A model generated the notes under the pieces. It did not search any database. It had not been told where the DNA came from and saw nothing but the letters and a program-made list of their open reading frames with translations. This document shows, piece after piece, positions 10,514 through 19,308 of a stretch of 64,000 nucleotides of DNA. Within the stretch, counting starts at the first letter, position 1. Every line of letters starts with the position of its first letter. The position numbers and the translations under genes were made by a program. The DNA comes from Abditibacteriaceae bacterium (GTDB taxonomy: Bacteria > Armatimonadota > Abditibacteriia > Abditibacteriales > Abditibacteriaceae). The stretch covers positions 704,001 through 768,000 of the forward strand of contig OZ255721.1 of assembly GCA_965277285.1 (NCBI GenBank), given 5' to 3'.

Positions 10514-11212
10514 TTGACTTCTCCTCTCGATAAATCACACGGCAGCGTGCGCGCGATGTTTTCCGATATTGCCAGCCGCTACGATTTCCTTAATCACTTG
10601 TTGTCGGCCAATCAGGATAAACGTTGGCGGCGGCGCGCGATTCGTCTTTTGTCACCCAAAGTACGCTATCGAGTACTCGATTTGTGTTGCGGCACTGGCG
10701 ATTTGGGTTTGGAATGCGTGAAGCAGCAGCCGAAATGCAAGGTCATCGGAGCTGATTTCGCGTTGCCAATGTTGGAAATCGCACGTAGGAAAGGCGACGC
10801 GATTCCTTTCTTGGCGGGCGATGCGTTGCAATTGCCGTTCGCGGATGCAACGTTTAATTGCGTGATGGTGGGTTTCGGCGCGCGCAACTTTGAAGACACA
10901 GAACGCGGCTTGCGCGAAATGAAGCGCGTTACAAAAAGTGGCGGCAAGATTTTAGTTTTGGAATTTATGCGTCCGACTTCGCCGCTGATTCGTTCGGGTT
11001 TCGGTGTGTTCTTCAAGCACGTTTTGCCTTTAATCGGGAAAATTGTGTCGCGCCACAAAGATGCTTACAACTATCTTCCGGCTTCGGTCGATGGCTTTTA
11101 CACGCGCCGCGAATTTGAAACCTTGATGCGGCACATTGGATTACGCGACGTGCGTTCGTGGAACCTGAACGGCGGCATTGCGACGATTTTCCTGGCGCGT
11201 AAAGCGGAATGA
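10514..11212 (+). CDS. ubiE: Demethylmenaquinone methyltransferase UbiE/MenG
   Basis: MFSDIASRYDFLNHLLS, VLDLCCGTGD, YNYLPASV. Confidence 0.92.
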   Translation: MTSPLDKSHGSVRAMFSDIASRYDFLNHLLSANQDKRWRRRAIRLLSPKVRYRVLDLCCGTGDLGLECVKQQPKCKVIGADFALPMLEIARRKGDAIPFLAGDALQLPFADATFNCVMVGFGARNFEDTERGLREMKRVTKSGGKILVLEFMRPTSPLIRSGFGVFFKHVLPLIGKIVSRHKDAYNYLPASVDGFYTRREFETLMRHIGLRDVRSWNLNGGIATIFLARKAE

Positions 11213-11260
11213 TTCGCCGCGAAGAGCACGAAGGAAAAAGGGGAAAGAATCGTCGTAAGG

Positions 11261-11330
11261 GTTTGTCATTCTGAGCGCAGCGAAGAATCTATGTGCAGTT
11301 AGATTCTTCGCTGCGCTCAGAATGACAAAC
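11261..11330. repeat. REP-like inverted repeat, GTCATTCTGAG family (copy 2)
   Basis: Perfect 30-bp arms gtttgtcattctgagcgcagcgaagaatct / agattcttcgctgcgctcagaatgacaaac. Confidence 0.9.
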
Positions 11331-11457
11331 TGCAAGTTTGACGTTTAATCTGCTCCAGCTTACGACTTTCTATACAACCTTTCAGAATGACAAACTTTTG
11401 ATTTCGAGTACTCAATTCTTTCTTTGTGCCTTCGCGCCTCTGCGGTTCAAAACAAAC

Positions 11458-12093
11458 ATGAAATTTATTGTCGCCATGACGGGCGCGTCCGGTCATCTTT
11501 ATGCGTTGCGGCTTTTGACGAAATTGGTCGAATGCGAAGCGCAGGTTTCTCTGGTCGTCAGCGAACCGGCGTGCGTTTCTCTGGCGGCAGAAACGGGTAT
11601 CAAGATCAATGCGCATTCATTCGATTTGTCGAAGCTGTTTACCGACAATCGAGTACTCGAACGCGCGCGCGAACTGGTTCAAACCTTCAATCCGCGCGAT
11701 ATTGCGGCGCCTGTCGCCAGCGGTTCGGTTCGCCACGATGGAATGGTTGTCGTGCCATGTTCGATGGGAACTCTGGGACGCATCGCGCACGGCACGTCCG
11801 ATGACTTGATTTGTCGCGCGGCGGATGTTTGCCTCAAAGAACGCCGCAAACTGATTTTAGTCGCGCGCGAAATGCCTTTGTCGTTGATTCATCTGAAAAA
11901 CATGCAAGCTGTGACCGAAGCGGGCGCGCTGGTTTTTCCAGCTTGTCCGCATTTTTATCACGCGCCGCAAACCGTGGAAGAAGTTGTTGATACGGTTGTC
12001 GATCGAGTACTCGATCATCTGGGCGTTGAGGTTCAAACGCGGCGCTGGCGGGAAAGCGAACCGGCAGAAGGCAATCGGCAGGAGAAAGCATGA
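11458..12093 (+). CDS. ubiX: Flavin prenyltransferase UbiX
   Basis: MTGASG, ASGS, PCSMGTLGRIAHG, RAADVCLKERR. Confidence 0.95.
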   Translation: MKFIVAMTGASGHLYALRLLTKLVECEAQVSLVVSEPACVSLAAETGIKINAHSFDLSKLFTDNRVLERARELVQTFNPRDIAAPVASGSVRHDGMVVVPCSMGTLGRIAHGTSDDLICRAADVCLKERRKLILVAREMPLSLIHLKNMQAVTEAGALVFPACPHFYHAPQTVEEVVDTVVDRVLDHLGVEVQTRRWRESEPAEGNRQEKA

Positions 12094-13004
12094 ACGCGCC
12101 TTCGCCGGCCACGACCAAAGATCAAAAACCCAGAAACACCTTGCAATCTTTCTTAGAACGCATCAAGGATTTTCTTGAACTCGTCAAGTTCGGGCACACG
12201 CTTTTCGCGCTGCCGTTCGCGCTGGCTTCGATGATTGTCGCGGCGCAGGGGTTTCCTGCGTGGCGCGTCTTCGGCTGGATTTTGGTGGCGATGATTGGTG
12301 CGCGCACCGCGGCAATGGGTTTCAACCGCATCGTTGACCGCGAGATTGACGCGCGCAATCCTCGCACCAAGAACCGCGAAATTCCTGCGGGGAAAGTATC
12401 AGTCGGGCAGGCGAGCGCGCTGGTTTTTTTCAGTTCATTGGTGTTCGTCTTCGCCGCCTGGCAGTTGAATACGCTGGCGTTAATTTTGTCGCCGTTAACG
12501 CTGTGCGCGCTGTTTTTCTATTCGTATTGCAAGCGATTTACGCACTGGGCGCATTTTGTTTTAGGTTTATGTTTGGGCATCGCACCAGCGGGCGCGTGGG
12601 TCGCGGTCACGGGAAGATTGCCCTTTGCGCCGTGCGTTTTAGCCATCGCCGTGATGTTCTGGGTCGCCGGTTTCGATGTGATTTACGCCACGATGGACGA
12701 CGAGTTCGACCGCACTGAAGGCGTTCACTCGCTGGTGCAAACGCTGGGCATTCCCAAAGCGCTGACCGCAGCGCGCGTCTTTCATGCGATTTTCATCGCG
12801 TTGTTGTTGGCGTTTGGCGTTCTGACGCACTTGCGTCCCACGTTTTTTATCGGCGTCGCGCTGATCGCGCTGTTTCTGGTGTACGAGCATTCGATTGTCA
12901 ATCCGCGCGATTTGCGGCGCGTCAATGCGGCGTTTTTCACTGTCAATGGCGTCATCAGCCTGATGTTCCTCATTGTTACGGCGCTGTCGGTTTGGTGGAA
13001 GTAG
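12090..13004 (+). CDS. ubiA: UbiA-family polyprenyltransferase (MqnP-like)
   Basis: HTLFALPFA, FNRIVDREIDARNPRT, GFDVIYA; multiple TM helices. Confidence 0.9.
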   Translation: MNAPSPATTKDQKPRNTLQSFLERIKDFLELVKFGHTLFALPFALASMIVAAQGFPAWRVFGWILVAMIGARTAAMGFNRIVDREIDARNPRTKNREIPAGKVSVGQASALVFFSSLVFVFAAWQLNTLALILSPLTLCALFFYSYCKRFTHWAHFVLGLCLGIAPAGAWVAVTGRLPFAPCVLAIAVMFWVAGFDVIYATMDDEFDRTEGVHSLVQTLGIPKALTAARVFHAIFIALLLAFGVLTHLRPTFFIGVALIALFLVYEHSIVNPRDLRRVNAAFFTVNGVISLMFLIVTALSVWWK

Positions 13005-13042
13005 AGAATCGAGTACTCGATGTATCGCAAAGGAGTCGCGTA

Positions 13043-14001
13043 ATGAAAATTGCAATCACGGGCGGAACGGGTTTCGTCGGGCGGCATCTGGCGCGCGAAC
13101 TGGCGCGACAAGGTCATCAAGTCGTCTTAATTTCGCGTGGTTTCGATGGGCGCGACGAAGATGTTCGCGCTTTGAAAAACGTGGTTTTCGTGCCAATTGG
13201 GACATCCGACACGGCGCAGTTGGCTGAGGCTTTTGTCGGCTGCGACGCGATTGCACATTGCGCAGGCATCAATCGAGAAATCGGCGAACAAACCTATGAG
13301 CGCGTTCATGTCGAAGGCACGCGCAACGTCATCGAAGCCGCGTGCCAGGCCAACGTCAAGAAAGTTTTGCTGCTCAGTTTTTGCGCGCGCGACCTCATTG
13401 TGGCTCGTCATATCACGAATCGAAGTGGCAGGCCGAAGAAATTGTGCGCGATTCTGGCCTGGATTATACGATCATCAAAGCCGGCATGATTTACGGCAGC
13501 GGCGATCATATGCTCGATCATCTCAGTCACACTTTGCACAGCTTGCCGCTTTTTGCGACTGTCGGCTTGCGCGAAAAACCGATCCGTCCGGTCGCGGTGG
13601 AAGACGTTGTGCGCATTTTGCAGGCGTCATTAATCGAAGGAAAGTTGTCGCGCGAAACGGTCGCGGTCGTTGGGCCACAGCAAATGCGATTGAGCGACGC
13701 GGTTCGGCAATTGTCGCGTATCACCAAACGTCGCGTGCTAATTTTTCCGTTTCCGATTTGGGCGCATCGTGCTCTGGCGTGGATTTTTGAACACACGATG
13801 ACGGTTCCACTAATTTCGTCAGCGCAGGTTTTTATGTTGTCCGAAGGCTTGACCGAACCAGAGCCGCACTTTCCTTTCGTGACTGGCGATTTGGCGCCGC
13901 GCACAAAGTTTGAAGACGCCTTTATCCGCGAACGCTTGCCCAAAGCGCAACCGTTCCGGCGCGGCGATTTTCGCAGTTGCGCATTTTTGGCGCGCAAGTA
14001 A
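13043..14001 (+). pseudogene. NAD(P)H-binding (NDUFA9-like SDR) protein with a single frameshift
   Basis: MKIAITGGTGFVG...VLLLSF in one frame, LRARP..SSYHESKW in the next; the junction is a T5 run at 13378-13382 and T6 would restore the frame. Confidence 0.8.
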
Positions 14002-14069
14002 AAATTGCATCAAATGCGAAAAGGTCTTCCATCGAGTACTCGATAGAAGACCTTTTCCTTGCTCGTCAT

Positions 14070-14483
14070 TCAACTGTTTTCGCCCGACAAATCAATCGCC
14101 AATTTTTCGATAGTGGAAAGCAGAAATTCCATGTCGATGGGTTTGATGAGACAATGGTCGAAGCCGGATTCGAGCGCGGTGTTTTGTTCGGCGTCGTCGC
14201 TGTAGCCGGTCAACGCGACGGCTTTGAAGGGTTTCAGGCGCGTGTCGCCGCGCAGTTCGCGCATCATTTCGCAGCCGTTCATGCCCGGCATTCCGATGTC
14301 GCTGACGACGATGTGCGGCTTGAAGTCGGGCGCGATTTCAAGCGCTTCGTGCGCCTGTCGCGCCGTTTCGACGCGATACGATTGACGCGTGAGAGCAATT
14401 TGCATCATCAAGCGCAAATCGTCCTGATCGTCCACAAACAACACGCGCAACGGGCTTTTGTCTTGGGTTTGAGAAGCGTTCAC
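14070..14483 (-). CDS. Single-domain response regulator (REC)
   Basis: VLFVDD, SDIGMPGMNG, ALTGY, KP. Confidence 0.92.
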   Translation of the reverse strand: MNASQTQDKSPLRVLFVDDQDDLRLMMQIALTRQSYRVETARQAHEALEIAPDFKPHIVVSDIGMPGMNGCEMMRELRGDTRLKPFKAVALTGYSDDAEQNTALESGFDHCLIKPIDMEFLLSTIEKLAIDLSGENS

Positions 14484-14534
14484 TGTGTTCTCCAGTACTC
14501 GAATCGGGGACAGTTCGCGTGTGTCTACAAAGTT

Positions 14535-15527
14535 TTAAGCGGTGCGCGCGACGCTTTGCGCTTCGACCAGAGAATCAACCAAAACATCGGCGTCGATGCC
14601 TTCGGCCTGCGCCTCAAAGTTCATAATGATGCGATGGCGCAGCGCCGGACGCGCCACAAAATCCAAATCCTCATACGCGACATTGAAGCGATCATTCAAC
14701 AAAGCGCGCACTTTGGCCGCCAAAATCAACGACTGCGCGCCGCGCGGACTGGCGCCGTAACGCGCGTATTTCTTCACTTCCGTCGTCGCGTATTCATTAT
14801 CGGGATGCGTCCCCAAAACCAGGCGAACCGCATATTCCTGCAAGTGCGGCGCGACCGGAACCTCGCGCACCAAACGTCGCAAACCTAAGATCGCTTCGCC
14901 GTCGAGTACTCGATTCGGCGTATCGTCGTGTCCGCTCGTCGTTCTGTCCAAAATCTGCGTCAATTCTTCCATGCTTGGAAAATAAACCTTCATCTTGAAC
15001 AGAAAACGGTCGAGTTGCGCTTCGGGCAGCGGATACGTGCCTTCCATTTCAATCGGATTTTGCGTCGCCAGAACAATAAACGGCTGCGACAATTTGTAAG
15101 TTGTGCCCGCGACCGTCACGCTGTGTTCTTGCATCGCTTCCAAAAGCGCACTTTGCGTCTTCGGCGTGGCGCGATTGATTTCATCGGCCAGCAGAACATT
15201 GGTGAAAACCGGGCCACGCTGAAACTGAAACTCTTTGCGGCCTTCGGGCGTTTCCGCGATGATGTTGGTTCCAGTCACGTCGGCGGGCATCAAGTCGGGC
15301 GTGAACTGAATGCGCGAGAAATCCAGTCCCAGCGAACCGGCGAGCGTGCGCACCATCAGTGTTTTGCCCAGTCCTGGAACGCCTTCGAGAAGGACATGAC
15401 CGCCAGCGCACAAACAAATCAGGATGCCTTCGACAATTTGTTCCTGCCCGACGATCACGCGCGCCATCTGCGCTTTTACGGCATCAATGCGGCTTTGAAA
15501 CTCCTGCACGGCGGTCGTAGCGTTCAT
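14535..15527 (-). CDS. moxR: MoxR-family AAA+ ATPase
   Basis: GVPGLGKT, RIQFTPDLMPADV, LLADEINRA, ATQNPIEMEGTYPLPEAQLDRF. Confidence 0.95.
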   Translation of the reverse strand: MNATTAVQEFQSRIDAVKAQMARVIVGQEQIVEGILICLCAGGHVLLEGVPGLGKTLMVRTLAGSLGLDFSRIQFTPDLMPADVTGTNIIAETPEGRKEFQFQRGPVFTNVLLADEINRATPKTQSALLEAMQEHSVTVAGTTYKLSQPFIVLATQNPIEMEGTYPLPEAQLDRFLFKMKVYFPSMEELTQILDRTTSGHDDTPNRVLDGEAILGLRRLVREVPVAPHLQEYAVRLVLGTHPDNEYATTEVKKYARYGASPRGAQSLILAAKVRALLNDRFNVAYEDLDFVARPALRHRIIMNFEAQAEGIDADVLVDSLVEAQSVARTA

Positions 15528-15572
15528 AGAAATTGGGTGAAGTGAAATCGAGTACTCGAACCTCGGGCGTGT

Positions 15573-17759
15573 TTACGGCTTCAAACTCTCGAAATAATTT
15601 TTGACGGGTTGCTTATACGCGGGCGGAACAGTGTCTTTGGCAACGGCGTCTTCGGCGTCTTTTTTGTAGCTTTCGTAAACATTGTAATAAGGCGTGCGCG
15701 CGGTGCCGCCTTTGGCTTCGGTCTTGGTCGGCAATTGTTGCATTTCTCCGCTGTCGCCCAGTTTTCCTGTAATGCGGTCGATTTGCTGGCGCGTTTTGGG
15801 CAAGCGATCCGTCCAAACGTCAGCCCAGCGACGCTTATCTCCCGTCCGCGTGCTCTTGATTTTTGAAACGCCGCCACCGCTTTGCGCGCCGCCCGCATGA
15901 GAACGCGGCCCCAGACCAGCGCCACCGCCAACCGCGCCATGCGGATCAGATGGCATCAAATCTTTTCCAGGCGTCATGCTTTTGCCGCTATCGCCTGAAT
16001 TCTCGCCTTGTCCGCCGTTTCCGCTCTGGCCTTGCTGGCCAGAATTGCCGCCGGTATTCCGCTCGGCCTGCTTAATTTTATCCAACATCTTTTGCAAGTC
16101 CTGGCTGTTGCCGCCCTGACCGTTGCCATCGCCCTGGCGCATCTGGTTCGCCATGTCGCGCAAGGCTTGCGAACCGCCGCTTTGCTGCCCATCTTGCTGA
16201 CCAGATTGGCTCTGGTTGCCGCCTTGAGTACTCGATCCGTTTTGCTGGCCTTGCTGTTGACCTTGCTGGCTGCTTTGTCCCTGTTGGCTTTGGCTGCCTT
16301 GTTGTCCGGCTTTGTTCTGGCCTTGTTTCCCTTGCTGACTTTGCTGTTGTGAACCAGATTGGCCGTTCTTCTGACCGCCTTGCTTTTGCTGACCGTTCTT
16401 CCCGTTCTGACCGGAGTTCTGACCATTCTTCTGGCTGCTTTGATTCTGACCGTTTTGCGATTGCTTGCCTTGCTGACCTTGCTTGTTCTGCTGCGCTTGT
16501 TGCTCCAGCGATTTGGCGGCGTTTTCCAGTTTTTTGGCGGCGTCTTCTTGGCCGTTTTGACGCAGGGCTTGCGCGGCTTTTTTCAAGTCGTTGGCGGCCT
16601 GCTTTTTTTCTTCCGGCGACATTTGGCCTTTGTCCATTTTGTCGGCGAGTTTATCCAATTGGTCGGCGGCTTTTTTAACGTCGCCGTTTTGCAATTGTTG
16701 CTGCATTTTCTGGCCTTCCTGACTTTGCATTTGCTGGCTTTGCAAGGCTTCGCGCAAACGCTGCACATCGCTTTTTTCCGGCTGCGGATTGCTGTCATTC
16801 TTGCCGACGGCTTTTTCCAGGTCGCGCCGCAGTTGACCGATTCCCAACAACGCTTCTTCTTTGCCCATGCGACCGCGCTGCATTTTGCGCGCGAGAGCTT
16901 CCAATTTTCCGGCCAGTTTTTTGGTCGGCGAATTGTCATCGACTTGAGGCTGCTTCAAAATCGGCTTGGCGATTTGATCGAGTTCGTCGCCCTGTTTTTT
17001 TAAGGTTGCGGCGAACTTTTGCTGTTCCGACGTGCGCAACCATTGCACGTCAGGCATCAAGGCGACAGCGAGCAACACAATCAAGGAGACGATCAGGAAC
17101 TTGCCCGTGCGGTCAAACTTCGCCGGATAAACTTTTTTCGGATCGAGTACTCGAACGCGCGCCGCCGCGTCATCCAACAGTGCGGGAACCAGACTTGTCG
17201 CAGAAGGAAGCGAAACGTAATTGGCGCTGGGAAGAGCGCGGCGCGCAAACATCGAACGCACGTTGAAACTCGCCGCCGCACCTTTTCGAGTACTCGATTT
17301 CCTGTTTCGTTGCGCATATCGTTGCTGCGCATGACGACCTTGTGCGCGCTTCCATTCTTCGGGTTGCGCGAAGGCGAGGGCGGACGACAAACGTTCGTCC
17401 AAACCCAGAACGCGGTCGGCGTCGAGCGCGGCTTCAAAAGTCCCGACGCGACGCGTCAAACCACGCATCAATCCGATGATGAACGCCAGCGCCAAAATCG
17501 CAATCGGAATCCACAAAGGCAAATCAATCAGCAACAAATGATGCGCGAACAAAAGTGGCGCGCAGATAATAGCGCCAACCGTGATTGTCAGCGCGAGTTG
17601 ATGTTGCAGAGTACGCGTGTTGCGGCGTGTCGCCAGGCGTTCCAGGCGCGTGCGCAACAGCGTCGCGGTTTCAGTCGCAGTCGCGTTTTGTGGCGGCAGT
17701 GAATCGAGTGTCGGTTCCAGTGTCGGGCGAGAAAGACCGGCGGAAGCCATAATTTGCAC
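15573..17759 (-). CDS. Membrane-anchored coiled-coil protein with a Q/G/N-rich region (MoxR-associated)
   Basis: N-terminal TM helices, LGLDERLSSAL, long Q/G/S/N low-complexity tract, C-terminal VPPAYKQPVKNYFESL. Confidence 0.8.
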   Translation of the reverse strand: MQIMASAGLSRPTLEPTLDSLPPQNATATETATLLRTRLERLATRRNTRTLQHQLALTITVGAIICAPLLFAHHLLLIDLPLWIPIAILALAFIIGLMRGLTRRVGTFEAALDADRVLGLDERLSSALAFAQPEEWKRAQGRHAQQRYAQRNRKSSTRKGAAASFNVRSMFARRALPSANYVSLPSATSLVPALLDDAAARVRVLDPKKVYPAKFDRTGKFLIVSLIVLLAVALMPDVQWLRTSEQQKFAATLKKQGDELDQIAKPILKQPQVDDNSPTKKLAGKLEALARKMQRGRMGKEEALLGIGQLRRDLEKAVGKNDSNPQPEKSDVQRLREALQSQQMQSQEGQKMQQQLQNGDVKKAADQLDKLADKMDKGQMSPEEKKQAANDLKKAAQALRQNGQEDAAKKLENAAKSLEQQAQQNKQGQQGKQSQNGQNQSSQKNGQNSGQNGKNGQQKQGGQKNGQSGSQQQSQQGKQGQNKAGQQGSQSQQGQSSQQGQQQGQQNGSSTQGGNQSQSGQQDGQQSGGSQALRDMANQMRQGDGNGQGGNSQDLQKMLDKIKQAERNTGGNSGQQGQSGNGGQGENSGDSGKSMTPGKDLMPSDPHGAVGGGAGLGPRSHAGGAQSGGGVSKIKSTRTGDKRRWADVWTDRLPKTRQQIDRITGKLGDSGEMQQLPTKTEAKGGTARTPYYNVYESYKKDAEDAVAKDTVPPAYKQPVKNYFESLKP

Positions 17760-18199
17760 CTGCGAATTGCGTTCAGAGAAAGTTCGGTTGAGGCCTACAA
17801 AAAAACAGAAGAAACGAAAGGAGCGGCTGGGAAGAAGTGGAGCGAATAAAATTCAGGTGCGATGAAGCTGCCAGGGAAACAGCGCCGAAAGAACCGCGTG
17901 AGCATGTCCTATTTTATCACTTTTGCACCTGACCTTCAAACGCCGCAAATTGTTCCTCTAACGGCTTTCGAGTACTCGATTCCGCTCCCGTCTTACACGC
18001 CGATTGCTACACTTTGAACACCGTTTCTCAAATAGAAATCTGCGATGTTTGTTGATAATGGAACACGGAGGCTGCACCTTCACAGATAGCGGCACGGATG
18101 AACACGAATTTTATTCGACTCAATTTCGTTCCATGTTGATCCGTGCGGCGTAACGCTGTGTTCTTTTACAAAGGCTCCAAGACCAAAGATCCAAAATCA

Positions 18200-18988
18200 A
18201 TGCTCCGTTATTTTTCGCTTTATCGCGCGTTTGCAGTCAACAACTTGTCGCGCACGATGGAATTTCGCGCGCAGTTTTTCGCGGGAATCCTCGGCTACAT
18301 GATTTGGAGCGGCGTTTCGCTCTTGTTCATCAACGTCGTCTTTGGCAAAGTCGGCGCGGTGCGTGGTTGGACGCGCGACGAAATGTGGGTTCTCTACGGC
18401 ACTTACATCGTTCTCGAAGCGGTTTGCTACGGCTTGCTCGGCCCCAATATGTGGCGTTTTTCGGGTCTGGTGCGCGACGGCGGTTTGGACTTGGCGCTCA
18501 CCAAACCCGTTAACGTGCAGTTTTTTGTTTCGACGCGCTATCTGGATTTGAACGGCATTTTGAACGCACTTCCAGGAATTGCGCTGTTGTTGTTCGGTTT
18601 AAGTCGTCTGGGACATTGGCCGAACGCGCTCGAATGGATTCTGTGGTTTGTTCTGCTTGGTTGCGGCTTGCTCATCGGCTACTGCGTCTGGTTCGCCATT
18701 GTAACGCTCTCGATCTGGTTCGTGAAATTGGAAAGCGGCGCTGTCGCGTTCGATCCGGTGATGCAAATGGCGCGCTTTCCTGTCGAGATTTATCCCGCCA
18801 GAGCGCGCAGTTTCCTGACTTTCGCGGTTCCCGTCGCATTTATGACAACGTTTCCCGCTGAGGCTTTGCTGGGCAAAAGCGACGTTCGAGTACTCGTTAT
18901 GGCTGTGGCGTTCGCGGCGTTCTCGTTGTGCTTGTCGCGCGCTTGGTTTCGTTTCGCCTTGCGCTTTTACGGCAGCGCCAGTTCGTGA
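18200..18988 (+). CDS. ABC-2 type transporter permease
   Basis: MEFRAQF, VRGWTRDE, VRDGGLDLALTKP, ARFPVEIYP, YGSASS. Confidence 0.88.
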   Translation: MLRYFSLYRAFAVNNLSRTMEFRAQFFAGILGYMIWSGVSLLFINVVFGKVGAVRGWTRDEMWVLYGTYIVLEAVCYGLLGPNMWRFSGLVRDGGLDLALTKPVNVQFFVSTRYLDLNGILNALPGIALLLFGLSRLGHWPNALEWILWFVLLGCGLLIGYCVWFAIVTLSIWFVKLESGAVAFDPVMQMARFPVEIYPARARSFLTFAVPVAFMTTFPAEALLGKSDVRVLVMAVAFAAFSLCLSRAWFRFALRFYGSASS

Positions 18989-19004
18989 GTTGTGTTTCGC
19001 CATC

Positions 19005-19229
19005 TCAGCCGTTGAATGACGAAAGGCTGCTCAAACCTAATTTCTTGACAGCCTTTTCCAATTCTTCTTTCTCCTCTCTTTTGAAGATGATTGATTGCGC
19101 GCCTTGAACGGCCACAAAACGCCCTGCGTGCATGACGCCAAGTTCGCCTGTGCGCGACCTGACGGTTAGCGACGACAAGGCCACTTTCAAAATGGCGGCT
19201 TCACTTTCTGTCAGTTTTATGTCCGGCAT
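19005..19229 (-). CDS. Small hypothetical protein
   Basis: 74-aa ORF with AGGAG RBS upstream of MPDIKL. Confidence 0.55.
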   Translation of the reverse strand: MPDIKLTESEAAILKVALSSLTVRSRTGELGVMHAGRFVAVQGAQSIIFKREEKEELEKAVKKLGLSSLSSFNG

Positions 19230-19308
19230 TTTTACTCCTTGACGTAATCCGGAAGCGATAGCGAATTCGCCAATAACTGGGCGGCTTTTCAAATACTCGA
19301 TTACGTTT

